Shown: positions 10,701-19,736 of the stretch, piece by piece | How positions within the stretch are numbered: position 1 is the first letter of the stretch | How the letters are laid out: the number at the start of each line of letters is the position of its first letter | Assembly (NCBI GenBank): GCA_963716395.1 | Contig: OY970309.1 | Span: 2,048,001 to 2,112,000, forward strand | DNA length: 64,000 nucleotides | Source: an uncultured Fibrobacteria bacterium | GTDB lineage: Bacteria; Fibrobacterota; Fibrobacteria; UBA11236 | Direction: 5' to 3' | Notes under the pieces: generated by a model | Seen by the model: the letters and a program-made list of their open reading frames with translations, nothing else | What the model was told of the DNA's origin: nothing | Database searches by the model: none | Made by a program: the position numbers and the translations under genes

Positions 10701-10834
10701 GAAGTTTGCTGGGTCGTTTCGAAGCTCGCCGCGCGGGAGTGGTGCTGTATCAACCCCGGCATTCCGGAATCGTATACGCCGTGGTGGAAATCGAAGGAAA
10801 GCGGAACGTGAGATTGTTGCCAAACCTTCGTTAA
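7739..10834 (+). CDS. Secreted clan GH-A glycoside hydrolase (GH44/GH51-like) with discoidin-like insert, CBM11-like module and C-terminal sorting domain
   Basis: Signal peptide from ATG 7739; FRFPNGS..NQYHWN, VNYGTGTPEEAAAWVRY, WQVGNE, DFHAYPY and SLSEFN motifs; C-terminal WRTMKLKWSAFQQQGWG...FWIDNIAL. Confidence 0.8.
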   Translation: MRVMGSIFSCAVLLSIAEATQYTVTPGAVTATASPLRTGRVTGTVLPIWNSPAIYAEMKRGLQEQGFRLFRFPNGSTSNQYHWNGAGSYDSVGIWHPSSDSVAPGFTSNTLYRGTTKSNYGSVFYSNLTDGVDSTLWWSDPLAASDAWVALDLVNATTVDSVQIVWGTLRPDSVAVGAVTTSGWNAYGSPDAAFSQRALAAVTGAVTTLHLDPGSMRFLALRPLGIGADGVQIGEIRAWSNGVLVTSNVADQAKQTQAWAMSAHPGNQRTNDYSGTGTPNWTFALFMNYLDSLPGSEAMICVNYGTGTPEEAAAWVRYANIDQHMGIRFWQVGNEMNGDWEEGGPVTAKEYARKFLAYAKAMKAVDPSIWVLGPTLSTYDFSGTGSADLDGNTWTEEFLRLVGGAEVADGMRYLDGFDFHAYPYYTTAAPTPDAMLAALRGLGPNLDTLAAMLSRNLQDPGSRWISLSEFNASVISMDLTMRPENSTGMAMMLAQLVQKFGGQAMSIDWESYGATSGNPDGSAGGTYGTLSLFVPPRSDAGSSIDLAPNAPYWGNWMVSKVWAIDSAQPLATTVTGGTLLESHALTNGADTAYLFLNMSAVPCTTTVTPTLARGWIYSFSSQQYSWNGSTSEAYAAPNSGPSSRPVPAAWDGKLIVPGFGMTVLRTNASLPAPSADQVVQLAVNNKNLEFGDTLLISGTVIRAPGAPAPKAQLGDSVLELAASDGAWDGPQEAFVARIPVDNLGAGMRWLRLGNSDSIQINITGKARPTVWIDQFEDQNPASDQPSKAPWTAYAAGGLPSTLTLSFPVRAGMGHAMQAAASMTQPVDLGYTVYVEAGLNLDSNLVDSSIGIQFDYASWHSNGGTFNLQIATDTVKNYDDYLIALPATDSVWRTMKLKWSAFQQQGWGGVLTGPLLARQVNRLNFRAIGEGNATFWIDNIALLSSSGDSISGIQPGKTTRAAWSITPHGSQWAFNLPAGATVRLVGLNGSLLGRFEARRAGVVLYQPRHSGIVYAVVEIEGKRNVRLLPNLR

Positions 10835-10889
10835 AATGCATCCGGGGCATTCTTGAAATCAGGGATTCAAATGCGTGTTAACACCCGCT

Positions 10890-11120
10890 TCACCTGGTTA
10901 TTCGGAATGGTTCGGCGATTCGGTTTCCGGCTCCGCTGAGCTCAAAGAAATACCCGCCATTTCCCAGCCGGCGCATCGGCACCGCGACGACGCCCCCGGA
11001 GCCGTCGACATTTTTTCCCGCTAGTTTGTTTCCGTGCAAATCGAATATTCCGGCTTGCCCCGAATATGAAAAAATCGAAATTGTTGCGGAACGAAATAAA
11101 TTTTCACCATTCCCCTGATC
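10890..11120 (-). pseudogene. Orphan 3' fragment encoding only a C-terminal sorting-type domain
   Basis: Minus strand reads AGIFDLHGNKLAGKNVDGSGGVVAVPMRRLGNGGYFFELSGAGNRIAEPFRITR*, similar to the C-terminus of 20065..21201; no upstream body. Confidence 0.55.
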
Positions 11121-11184
11121 TTCCTAACGCTGTTAGCGGTTACTTCAAATAGTCGGCCGATGGGCACTTAATTCAGTTGCTCCC

Positions 11185-11290
11185 GCTCGGCCGGCGAGCT
11201 TGTCACATCAATCGAAGGGCATCAGCCGTGCACGCTCGGCCGGTGAGCCTGTCGAACCGGTCAAAGCGTATCAGCCCGCGGCGGAGTGAA
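11185..11290. repeat. REP-like module, copy 2
   Basis: CTCGGCCGGCGAGCTTGTC...TCGAAGGGCATCAGCCGTGCACGCTCGGCCGGTGAGCCTGTCGAACCGGTC; near-identical stretch at 27287-27340. Confidence 0.75.
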
Positions 11291-11730
11291 GCAGCTCTTT
11301 TTGCAGAACGCTTTTCAAGGTTCTGTGAACAGGGAATTCGGCGCATGCACTCGGTGCGCAGTACGGTTGCGATAAATTTGATTTTGAACCTCCCTTTTGG
11401 ATTACGCCGCCCATCTTCCATTGTGCCTTCCGTCATCCGAAATAACACCAATCGCTGCCCGCTGCCGTCCAAGGCTCATCGTGGAAACTTCGGCGGCGCT
11501 TTCAGCCAATCGAAAATCACGCCTGCTAGATTCCGCGCAGGTGGAGCGGTGGGGGCTTAAGCCAAGGACTGGCCGGAGTAGCGGGATGGAAAAAGCCATT
11601 ACCCTACGTATGGGAAGGGTGTGCTGTTTCTAGGGGTGAAGTGAGAGACGATTCTTAGGGCAAAAAGTGGGATAAAGCCTGGGCTAGGGACAATCGGCCC
11701 GATTCGAAACTTTTGCTTTACCCATGCGCT

Positions 11731-11776
11731 TGTTCGTATCGAACATAGTTACACGAATTGTTGTTCATTTCGAAGA
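11731..11776. promoter_or_regulatory. Inverted-repeat operators upstream of abiEi
   Basis: TGTTCG-TAT-CGAACA (11731-11745) and a degenerate TGTTCA-TTT-CGAAGA (11762-11776). Confidence 0.55.
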
Positions 11777-12379
11777 ATGAGCCAATTGCAGGACACTGTC
11801 CTGTTTTTGAAAAGGCATGGTCCATGCCGGACACGGGAAATTGAAGCCGCGGGATATCGGCGCCAGGATCTGCAATACCTGATCAAATCAGGAAAGGTTG
11901 AGCGTTTGGGCCGTGGCATTTACCAAGTGGCCAAGGCTGACGTCCTGACCAATCCAAGTTTTGCAGAATTGTTTTTGCGATCGCCACAGGTGGTCCTCTG
12001 TCTGCTATCGGCGCTCCATTTTCATGAACTGACAACTCAGCTTCCGCACGAAGTTTGGGTGGCGGTGAGAATGAATTCTCGGGCTCCTAAGCTGAATTAT
12101 CCACCGCTTCGGGTTGCGCACTTTTCCGGACCTGCATTCACGAAAGGTGTTGAATTCCATAAGGCGGATGGTATTTCCATCAGGGTTTATAGTGTGGCTA
12201 AAACCGTGGCCGACCTTTTCAAAATGAGAAACAAGGTGGGATTGGATATAGCCATGGAAGCATTGCGCGAAGCGCTCAGGACGAGAAAGACCACCCGCGC
12301 GGAAATAATCAAGATGGCCAAGGTCTGCCGGATGGAAAGGATCATGCGTCCGTACCTGGAAATGGAGGCCGCGATTTGA
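11777..12379 (+). CDS. abiEi: Type IV toxin-antitoxin antitoxin, AbiEi family
   Basis: VERLGRGIY, VLCLLSALHFHELTTQLPHEVWVA and VYSVAKTVADLFKMRNKVGLDIAMEAL motifs. Confidence 0.92.
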   Translation: MSQLQDTVLFLKRHGPCRTREIEAAGYRRQDLQYLIKSGKVERLGRGIYQVAKADVLTNPSFAELFLRSPQVVLCLLSALHFHELTTQLPHEVWVAVRMNSRAPKLNYPPLRVAHFSGPAFTKGVEFHKADGISIRVYSVAKTVADLFKMRNKVGLDIAMEALREALRTRKTTRAEIIKMAKVCRMERIMRPYLEMEAAI

Positions 12380-13245
12380 GCGATATGGCGCCTTCCGTGG
12401 CGCAGCGACTCCTGAATTTCAGCAAAGGCAATAACGAAGGATATAACTTCATTCTTGTCCGCTACGGTGTGGAGCGCCTGCTCTATCGGATATCCCAGCC
12501 GCCCACTGGCCAGAAGTTTGTTTTGAAGGGGGCGAGCCTTTTCTTAGTGTGCTTTGGGCATGCTTTTCGAACTACACGCGATGTGGACTTGCTGGGCATG
12601 GGTTCCTGGGACTTGGAGACGATATCGAAAATCTTCCGCGCATTATGCATGATCGATACGCTGGGCGTAGACGGATTGCTCTTCCAATCGAAAACGGTTC
12701 TGGTGAGTCGAATCAAAGAGGATCAAGACTATGAAGGCGTGCGCGTGCTTTTGCGCGCCTTGCTGGGGAAAACACACATCGATTTACAAGTTGATGTCGG
12801 GTTCGGAGATGCAATTACACCCGAAGCGGAGCGTGTCCATTTCCCAACCTTACTAGATGGACCGGCCCCTTTCCTTTTGGCTTATCCTCCATACACCGCA
12901 ATCGCCGAAAAATTCCAGGCTATGGTTGGTCTCGACATGGCGAATTCGAGAATGAAAGATTTCTACGACATTTGCGTGCTATTCCGTTCCCTTACTTTGG
13001 ATCCTGAAATTCTGGCAACGGCTGCGCAACGAACCTTTGCGCGTCGTAACATGCCCCTGCCTGGAGAAATGCCCACGGCGCTTACGCGAAATTTTTCCGA
13101 GGATCCGATGAAACAGGCCCAGTGGAATGCTTTTGTCAAAAAGAATCGGCTGACCTTGCCCATGGGTGACTTGACGGAAGTGGTCGAAGAATTGCGCATG
13201 CGCTTTGAACCGATAATGCAAATTCTGGAGTCATGGCGGGGCTGA
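12376..13245 (+). CDS. abiEii: Type IV toxin-antitoxin nucleotidyltransferase toxin, AbiEii family
   Basis: ERLLYRIS, FVLKGA, RTTRDVDLL, QVDVGFGD, IAEKFQAM and NSRMKDFYD motifs; 4-bp overlap with abiEi. Confidence 0.92.
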   Translation: MSDMAPSVAQRLLNFSKGNNEGYNFILVRYGVERLLYRISQPPTGQKFVLKGASLFLVCFGHAFRTTRDVDLLGMGSWDLETISKIFRALCMIDTLGVDGLLFQSKTVLVSRIKEDQDYEGVRVLLRALLGKTHIDLQVDVGFGDAITPEAERVHFPTLLDGPAPFLLAYPPYTAIAEKFQAMVGLDMANSRMKDFYDICVLFRSLTLDPEILATAAQRTFARRNMPLPGEMPTALTRNFSEDPMKQAQWNAFVKKNRLTLPMGDLTEVVEELRMRFEPIMQILESWRG

Positions 13246-13379
13246 AATGTTGCGCGCTTCGTCACTTACAAACTGTCTGTACCCCGTTTAGCGAGACATC
13301 GTCACCTTCGCCCTCGCTCCGGTCGATGACGAGGTAAACGTGGCCCTGGGCGAAGTCTTTGGCGATTCGGATCCCACCC

Positions 13380-13670
13380 ACTCGACCGTGCCCCCGACGG
13401 CGACCTCGGGTTCGCCTCCCGTCGGTTCCGCCTAGGCACGCCGATGCGGATGCCATGCGAAACCGCTGCGTTCCCGAAGCCTAAAGGTTACCCATGCGCC
13501 CAAATCGGTGCATTCAACTTGCATGCTTCTCGGCTTCGATGGATTGCGTTGATGAAGACGTAGGAAACGATTCAGGTCATACTGAACGATATGTCCGTCG
13601 CGGGCGAACCCGCGGGTCCACCCGCGGCGACAAAACCCAAATCGCGCGAATTCAAGCGCAAGCGCTTGAT
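13380..13670 (+). mobile_element. Second IS91-family transposase remnant, internally deleted
   Basis: PKPKGYPCAQIGAFNLHASR (homologous to 6430-6490) joined directly to LRWIALMKT*ETIQVILNDM...AGPP (homologous to 6612-6690). Confidence 0.65.
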
Positions 13671-13881
13671 TGGGCGGCGAAAGTTAAAACACGGGCTTTG
13701 ATGAACCCCGCAAATTCTGAGCGTTGTAATTGTGTGAGATATGTATCTATAATTCGGATGCGTAAAAAAAGTCCTGGCGCTACTTTAAAACTAAAGCATG
13801 AACGGAGTCGTGAAAATGCTACGAAAATCAATCGTTAATGCTGCAAACGGTTTGTTTTTATCGAAATTAGCGGGGGGGGGG

Positions 13882-16800
13882 ATGAGGCGCTATCGTCATC
13901 GTCGCCGTTATTCTCTCGCCTAAACCATTCGCGCTTTCTAAAACCTTTCGCCTTCCTTCTGGGGCTAATTCTGTTGCCGGCAGCCGGAGTTCAGGCTCAG
14001 TCCTGCTTGGATGGGTATTCGCTTTATTCGGATGTTCAAACCGTTTTGGGCGACCGGGATAGCCTTGCCTCGGGCAATGCGGGCTCCAACGGATACCTGG
14101 AACTCGGCATAGATGGTAAAAGCCACGGGGACTTCGTAGCCAAAGGCAACATACTGCTTAAGGACAGGTCCACGGTATTCGCAAATGTAGCAGCGGGGGG
14201 GTCGGTAACCGTCGGCTCAGGAGCGGTCATCACCGGAACCCTGGTCCAAAACGCCTCCGTGCCTACGTGTGCACTTCCGCAAATAACCGTGACCCCGGGA
14301 GCAGGTGATATCAATGTTTACAACGGAACCACGGAGGAGTTGGCGCCGGGCGCCTATCGTAACGTCCAAGTGTATGGCAATGGCCGCCTGAAACTCAGTG
14401 ACGGCGTATATCGGTTCAATTCTTTGCAGACCTATGCCGATGGCCAATTCGAGTTCGACCCGGGATCCGGCAATATCGAAGTGCTGGTCGCCAACTCGCT
14501 TGCCATCGGTGACCGCACCCAATTCAATTTCACCGGCAACGCGCTGCCTGAACAGGTGAAGTTTCACAGCCAACAGACGAGCGACCTGACCATTGGTACC
14601 GATATTCAGTTCCAGGGCACTTTGGTGGCGCCTCTGGCCACGGTCAAGGCGTATTCACGCACGGTTTTTCACGGGGCGGTTTATGCCAAAACCATCAGTT
14701 TTGAACCGGACGTGAAGGTCTTTTACGAGCCGCTGACTCCCACCACCGTAATGATCTCCAGCCCCATGAGCGGCACGAGCACCAATGATTCCGTGATTCA
14801 GGTGACCTGGGCGGTTTCGGGGACGATGCAAGTGGTGCAAACCACCGATACCCTGACCCATTTCGGCATCAATACGATCAAGCGTTGCTTTGGATCGGTA
14901 TGCGACTCCATCGTCGTTTATTTGGATTCTGTCGAAATTCCCACGCCCAAGGTCGATTTTCGCTATTGCGCCGACCGGTATTTGATCTATTCCCAGCAGA
15001 CGTCCCAACTGGGAGAAGGCGTGCAAACCGTGGGGGGCGACGTGGGATCGGCCAACCAAGTGAACCTGGGGCAACAAGCCGAGATTTGGGGCTCGCTTGT
15101 TTCGAGTCACACCGCCAGCTTGGAGACAAACGCCGTGGTGAAAGGCATGGCGATAGTGGGCGATTCGATAACCCTGGATAGTGGTGCCCAGGTGGTGGAT
15201 AGTATCATCGAACATGCGGTCGGTTTGCAGGCCTGCCCCATTCCCACCTTGCCGAAGATTTCTTATGGGACCGGCAGCCTGGTCATTCCGCCCGGGCCTC
15301 AGCAAAACTTGGCTCCGGGAAAGTATGGAGATGTCCTGACCACTTCCGGGGCCACTTTGCATCTTAGTTCCGGCTCCTATAATTTTCAAAGCCTACGCCT
15401 GGACAGTTTGGCGGCACTAACCGTCGATCTTACCAATGGGCCCATTCAGATCAATGTGGAGGAGTATTTGAGCATTGGCCGGGAGGCCGAAATAGATGAA
15501 GTCGCCGGCGACACCAGTGAATTGATTACCATCTATACGAATCAAAGTGACACCGTGCGCATTCAATCTTTTGCCGGTGTGAGTGGAATCATCGTGGCGC
15601 CCTATGCACCCATTTTGGTGGGTGATAGCGTGGAAGTGGTGGGGCGTTTGTATCGGAAAAGACGTGATCCTTTCTGCGGGTGACATGGTCTACATGCAAC
15701 AGGTGCCCGACTCGTCGGCTTTTCCGCCTGCGCCCTCCATTCCGATAGTCACGGACACGATTCGGACATTTTGACTCCCTGTTTAGCCAGGTCACCCCGG
15801 GCCAGAAATCGCCGATCTGGCATCAAAGCGATCCTTACACCTATTCAAAAGCAGCCTATGGGGCCATTGGCGATGGCGAGCGACAATTTGCGCAAAAGAT
15901 GCATATGGGCTGGTATGAAATTTACGGTAATCAGGGCACGGATAGAACGGGAACCCGAACACCTTGATCACCTCCTTGCTTCCGGCCGTAGATCCTCCGC
16001 CCGGCGAGAATATCGTTCGAAAAGTGGCCACCATAGAGGCCAGAAACGATGCCTATGAATACGGCGCGAAACAATTCGGGGAAGATTTGGAGGACTTCGC
16101 CTGGGCCGATGCCGGCTGGTATGTGTGGCCGTTTAAAGGGTGCTGGGTGGATATCCCTTATCCTTGCATACGCAGATGGCGCTTTCGCATTTGCCATCAA
16201 AGGTTGCCCGGAATATGCGTACGGCCCAAGCCCAGCTTCCGCTTCCACCAGCCGCAAGCGGACGAAATGGTAGCGGCGGACAGAATGCAGATTCTGGATG
16301 CAATTCATCGCGACAAGTGCGCCGGCCGTTCCGGTAAGACAATCTGGGAAATCGGCAATGAACCCAATCTATTCCCCTATATCTTGCCGCAAGACTATGC
16401 CGATCTGGTGCGGGCTTATTACACGCTCATCAAGCAGGCCGACCCCCATGCCGCCGTGGCCTTCGGCTCGCTTTTCGACGTCGATTTCATGAAACAAGAT
16501 GCGAGGGACGCCCTGAACACCATGGCCACTACGGCTATTTTCACTGCAGGAGTCGCCGGAGCGGTGGTACTGAGTCCGCTTGTGGGTATCCTGACAGGAA
16601 TCGTTCTTAACGACGTGCGCGATGAGATGCGTGATAATATTTTCTTCCGCTACACTACGCGCGATTACTTTTCCCTGGTTTTGGCCAACCTCGACCCGAG
16701 CATCAAGCCTGAGGCCATTTCCGTGCATTACTACCCCTTTGACATTGAGGGCCGTTCTACGTCAGACGAGATAAAATCGCATATTGCCAATACCTCGGGC

Positions 16801-17222
16801 TGGCTTTCGTCTGATTTATACCGGAATCGCAGCCAATACGATCCGGTGGTCATTACCGAGACGGGAAATATCAACTGGAAACTCAATGACGAGACCGACG
16901 GTCCTGCCTAGAATGGTTGACATTCTCGATGGCGTGAAAAGGGGCATGTACCTCGGGGAAGCCAACGTGAATTACAATGCGCTGGTACTTTGGTACAAAC
17001 CGCTCACAGTCGACCCCAAATTCAATGGTTTGATCAAGCATTCCGTTTGTCGGCATCGACAACCCGCCGTTCACGAGGTTTATCAATGATGCGAAAACTG
17101 ATGTAAATGACGTTCAAGGATTTATCAATCTCAATGGATGGCCCTCTTTTTGTGGCGACATCAACAGTCTCGGCTTAGAATACTACCGAAGAATCAATGG
17201 AGTTGAATGTGGTGCGCCTTAA
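13882..17222 (+). CDS. Large secreted protein (~1100 aa): two beta-solenoid (DUF3494-like) domains plus a C-terminal clan GH-A catalytic-like domain; frameshifted in this sequence
   Basis: Stitched from 13974..15683, ~15655-15960, 15964..16911, ~16900-17040 and ~17040-17222. Signal peptide ...FLLGLILLPAAGVQA; duplicated LAPGxY...L.L..G.Y.F.SL; WEIGNEPN, ISVHYYP, VVITETG; ends GWPSFCGDINSLGLEYYRRINGVECGAP*. Confidence 0.65.
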
Positions 17223-17709
17223 TACTGCATTCGTGTTCGCGTTTTCCTTATGCCTCTTTGGATGCGGTTTGTTTTCCGATTCTTCCTACGAAGAAGACGT
17301 TTTAAACGATAGAAGTATTGTGGACGAAATTATCAAGGCCAATCCGGTATTGGATTCTGCTGTACAAGCCGGTCATTACTTTCTGCCCTACAGTAGCGAA
17401 TCCGGTCGAATTACTGGAAATTTGGATTTAAGCGATTTAGGGCTCAACGACAGCAATTTTTATTTTCCTAAAAGCATTAATGATTTTAAAATCGTCAATC
17501 AGGTTAATCTTATCGGTAACGACTTTACCGATTTGCCACAAGGTATACACCAAAAAAAATGGGATGTCGTATTGGTTTTGGGCAACAAAATGTGCAATCC
17601 TAGCCAAGAAACAATCGATTATTTGGATAGTTTGATGAAAGGTTTTCCCGGTGGTTACTGGCGCGACTCCCAGCACTGCAGCGATTCCATTCCGGCGCCC
17701 TCGCCATGA
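17197..17709 (+). CDS. LRR lipoprotein, cassette 1 (intact)
   Basis: Lipobox LFGC; LDLSDLGL / VNLIGNDFTDLP / VLVLGNKMC repeats; YWRDSQHC cap; start overlaps the upstream gene's 3' end. Confidence 0.8.
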   Translation: MELNVVRLNTAFVFAFSLCLFGCGLFSDSSYEEDVLNDRSIVDEIIKANPVLDSAVQAGHYFLPYSSESGRITGNLDLSDLGLNDSNFYFPKSINDFKIVNQVNLIGNDFTDLPQGIHQKKWDVVLVLGNKMCNPSQETIDYLDSLMKGFPGGYWRDSQHCSDSIPAPSP

Positions 17710-17869
17710 AATGAAAAAAAATTCAGGAGGTGATTTTCTGCCTGGGCATTTTATCACAACGAAACCATCCGGGCGGTTTATTGCCTCCGGCTTTCTCCTG
17801 TCTTGTTCGGGTATCCAAACTTTTGCGGTGACATGAACAGTCTCGGCTTGGAATACTACCGAAGAATCA

Positions 17870-18386
17870 ATGGAGGTGCTTGTGTTGCGCCTTAATATTT
17901 TGTTGGTTTGTTTGATAACATTGTTTATCTACGGATGCGGGTTTCTATTTGGAGATTCTTACGAGGAGGACAAAAATAATGACTGGAAAATCGTACGTGA
18001 AATAATTGCGGCCAATCCCGTGCTCAGTTCTGCAATTGATTCCGGCCACTACTTTTTGCCGACAGATGCAGAGTATGGCAGGATTACTGGAGAATTAAAT
18101 CTAGGTGGTTTGGGATTAAATGACAGCAATTTTTATTTTCCCGCAAGTATTCGTAATTTCAGAATAGTGAAATCCTGTTAATCTAGCCAACAATCAATTC
18201 ACAGACTTACCGAGAGGTACCCGAAATAAGAATTGGAATTGCCGTCTTAGTTATGGGCAAACAAAATATGCAACCCTAGCCAGGCAACGATCGATTATTT
18301 GGATAGTATTGATGAAAGGATCACCAGGAGGTTACTGGCGCGACTCCCAGCACTGCAACGATTCCATTCCGGCGCCCTCGCCATGA
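17870..18386 (+). CDS. LRR lipoprotein, cassette 2 (frameshifted)
   Basis: Lipobox IYGC; paralog of cassette 1; indels after 18170; ends ...PAPSP*. Confidence 0.7.
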
Positions 18387-18543
18387 AATGAAAAAATCAG
18401 GAGGTGATTTTCTGCCTGGGCATTTTATCACAACGAAACCATCCGGGCGGTTTATTGCCTCCGGCTTTCCCTTGTCTTGTTCGGGTATCCAAACTTTTGC
18501 GGTGACATGAACAGTCTCGGCTTGGAATACTACCGAAGAATCA

Positions 18544-19058
18544 ATGGAGGTGCTTGTGTTGCGCCTTAAATAATTTGTTGGTTTGTTTGATAACATTGTT
18601 TATCTACGGATGCGGGTTTCTATTTGGAGATTCTTACGAGGAGGATAAAAATAATGACTGGAAAATCGTGCGTGAAATAATCACGGCCAATCCCGTGCTC
18701 GGATTCTGCAATTGATTCCGGCCATTACTTTTTGCCGACAGATGCAGAATATGGCCGGATTACTGGAGAATTGGATTTGAGTGGATTGGGACTTAGTGAT
18801 AGTGATTTTTATTTCCCTAAAAGCATTCAAAATTTCAGAATCGTCAAATCTGTTAATTTATCTCGTAATAATTTCACAGAGTTGCCATTAGGTACCAGGC
18901 TTAAAAGCTGGTTGTCGGTTTTGGTATTAGGGAATAAAATGTGCAACCCCAGTACAGAAACGGTGGCGTACTTGGATACCTTAATGAAGGGATTTGGTGG
19001 GCCCTATTGGCGAGACTCCCAGCGCTGTAATGATTCTATACCGGCGGCAGTCCCATGA
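18544..19058 (+). CDS. LRR lipoprotein, cassette 3 (frameshifted near 5' end)
   Basis: 5' part near-identical to cassette 2; ORF 18732..19058 LDLSGLGL..VNLSRNNFTELP..LGNKMC..YWRDSQRC. Confidence 0.7.
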
Positions 19059-19219
19059 TTGAGGCCAAAAGTTAGGCGGTGGTTCTGTGCTAGGGAAATC
19101 AGGTTCTCTGACAAAGTCTTGTCGGCATTTTTCCCCCTTGATGGCCCTAGCGTTCTACGGATGGTCCTCATTTTGCGGTGACATGAACAGTCTCGGCTTG
19201 GAATACTACCGAAGAATCA

Positions 19220-19736
19220 ATGGAGTTGATTGCGGTGCGCCTTAATATTTTGTTGGTTTGTTTGATAACATTGTTTATCTACGGATGCGGGTTTCTATTT
19301 GGAGATTCTTACGAGGAGGACAAAAATAATGACTGGAAAATCGTGCGTGAAATAATTACGGCCAATCCCGTGCTCAGATCTGCCAATTGATTCCGGCCAT
19401 TACTTTTTGCCGACGGATGCCGAGTATGGCCGGATTACTGGAGATTGGATTTAGATGGTTTGGGATTAAATGACACCAATTTTCATTTTCCCGCGAGTAT
19501 TCGTAATTTCAAGATCGTTAAATTCCTTAGTTTATGCCGCTAACGAATTCTACAGACTACCGTAAGGCACAAGAGACAAAAAATGGGAGAGTCGTGGTGC
19601 CTTGGTTCAACAATATTTGCAACCCAAGTCTGAAACGGTGACGTATTTGGATAAAATGATGGAGGGATTTCCGGGTGGTCCCTATTGGCGCGATACCCAG
19701 CACTGTAGTGATTCCACTCCGGCGCCCTCGCCATGA
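19220..19736 (+). CDS. LRR lipoprotein, cassette 4 (multiple indels)
   Basis: Same signal peptide and N-terminus as cassettes 2-3; ends YWRDTQHCSDSTPAPSP*. Confidence 0.6.

Noticed and set aside
11290-11630. Short ORFs between the REP module and abiEi
   Set aside because: No recognisable motifs or start signals; likely decayed DNA.
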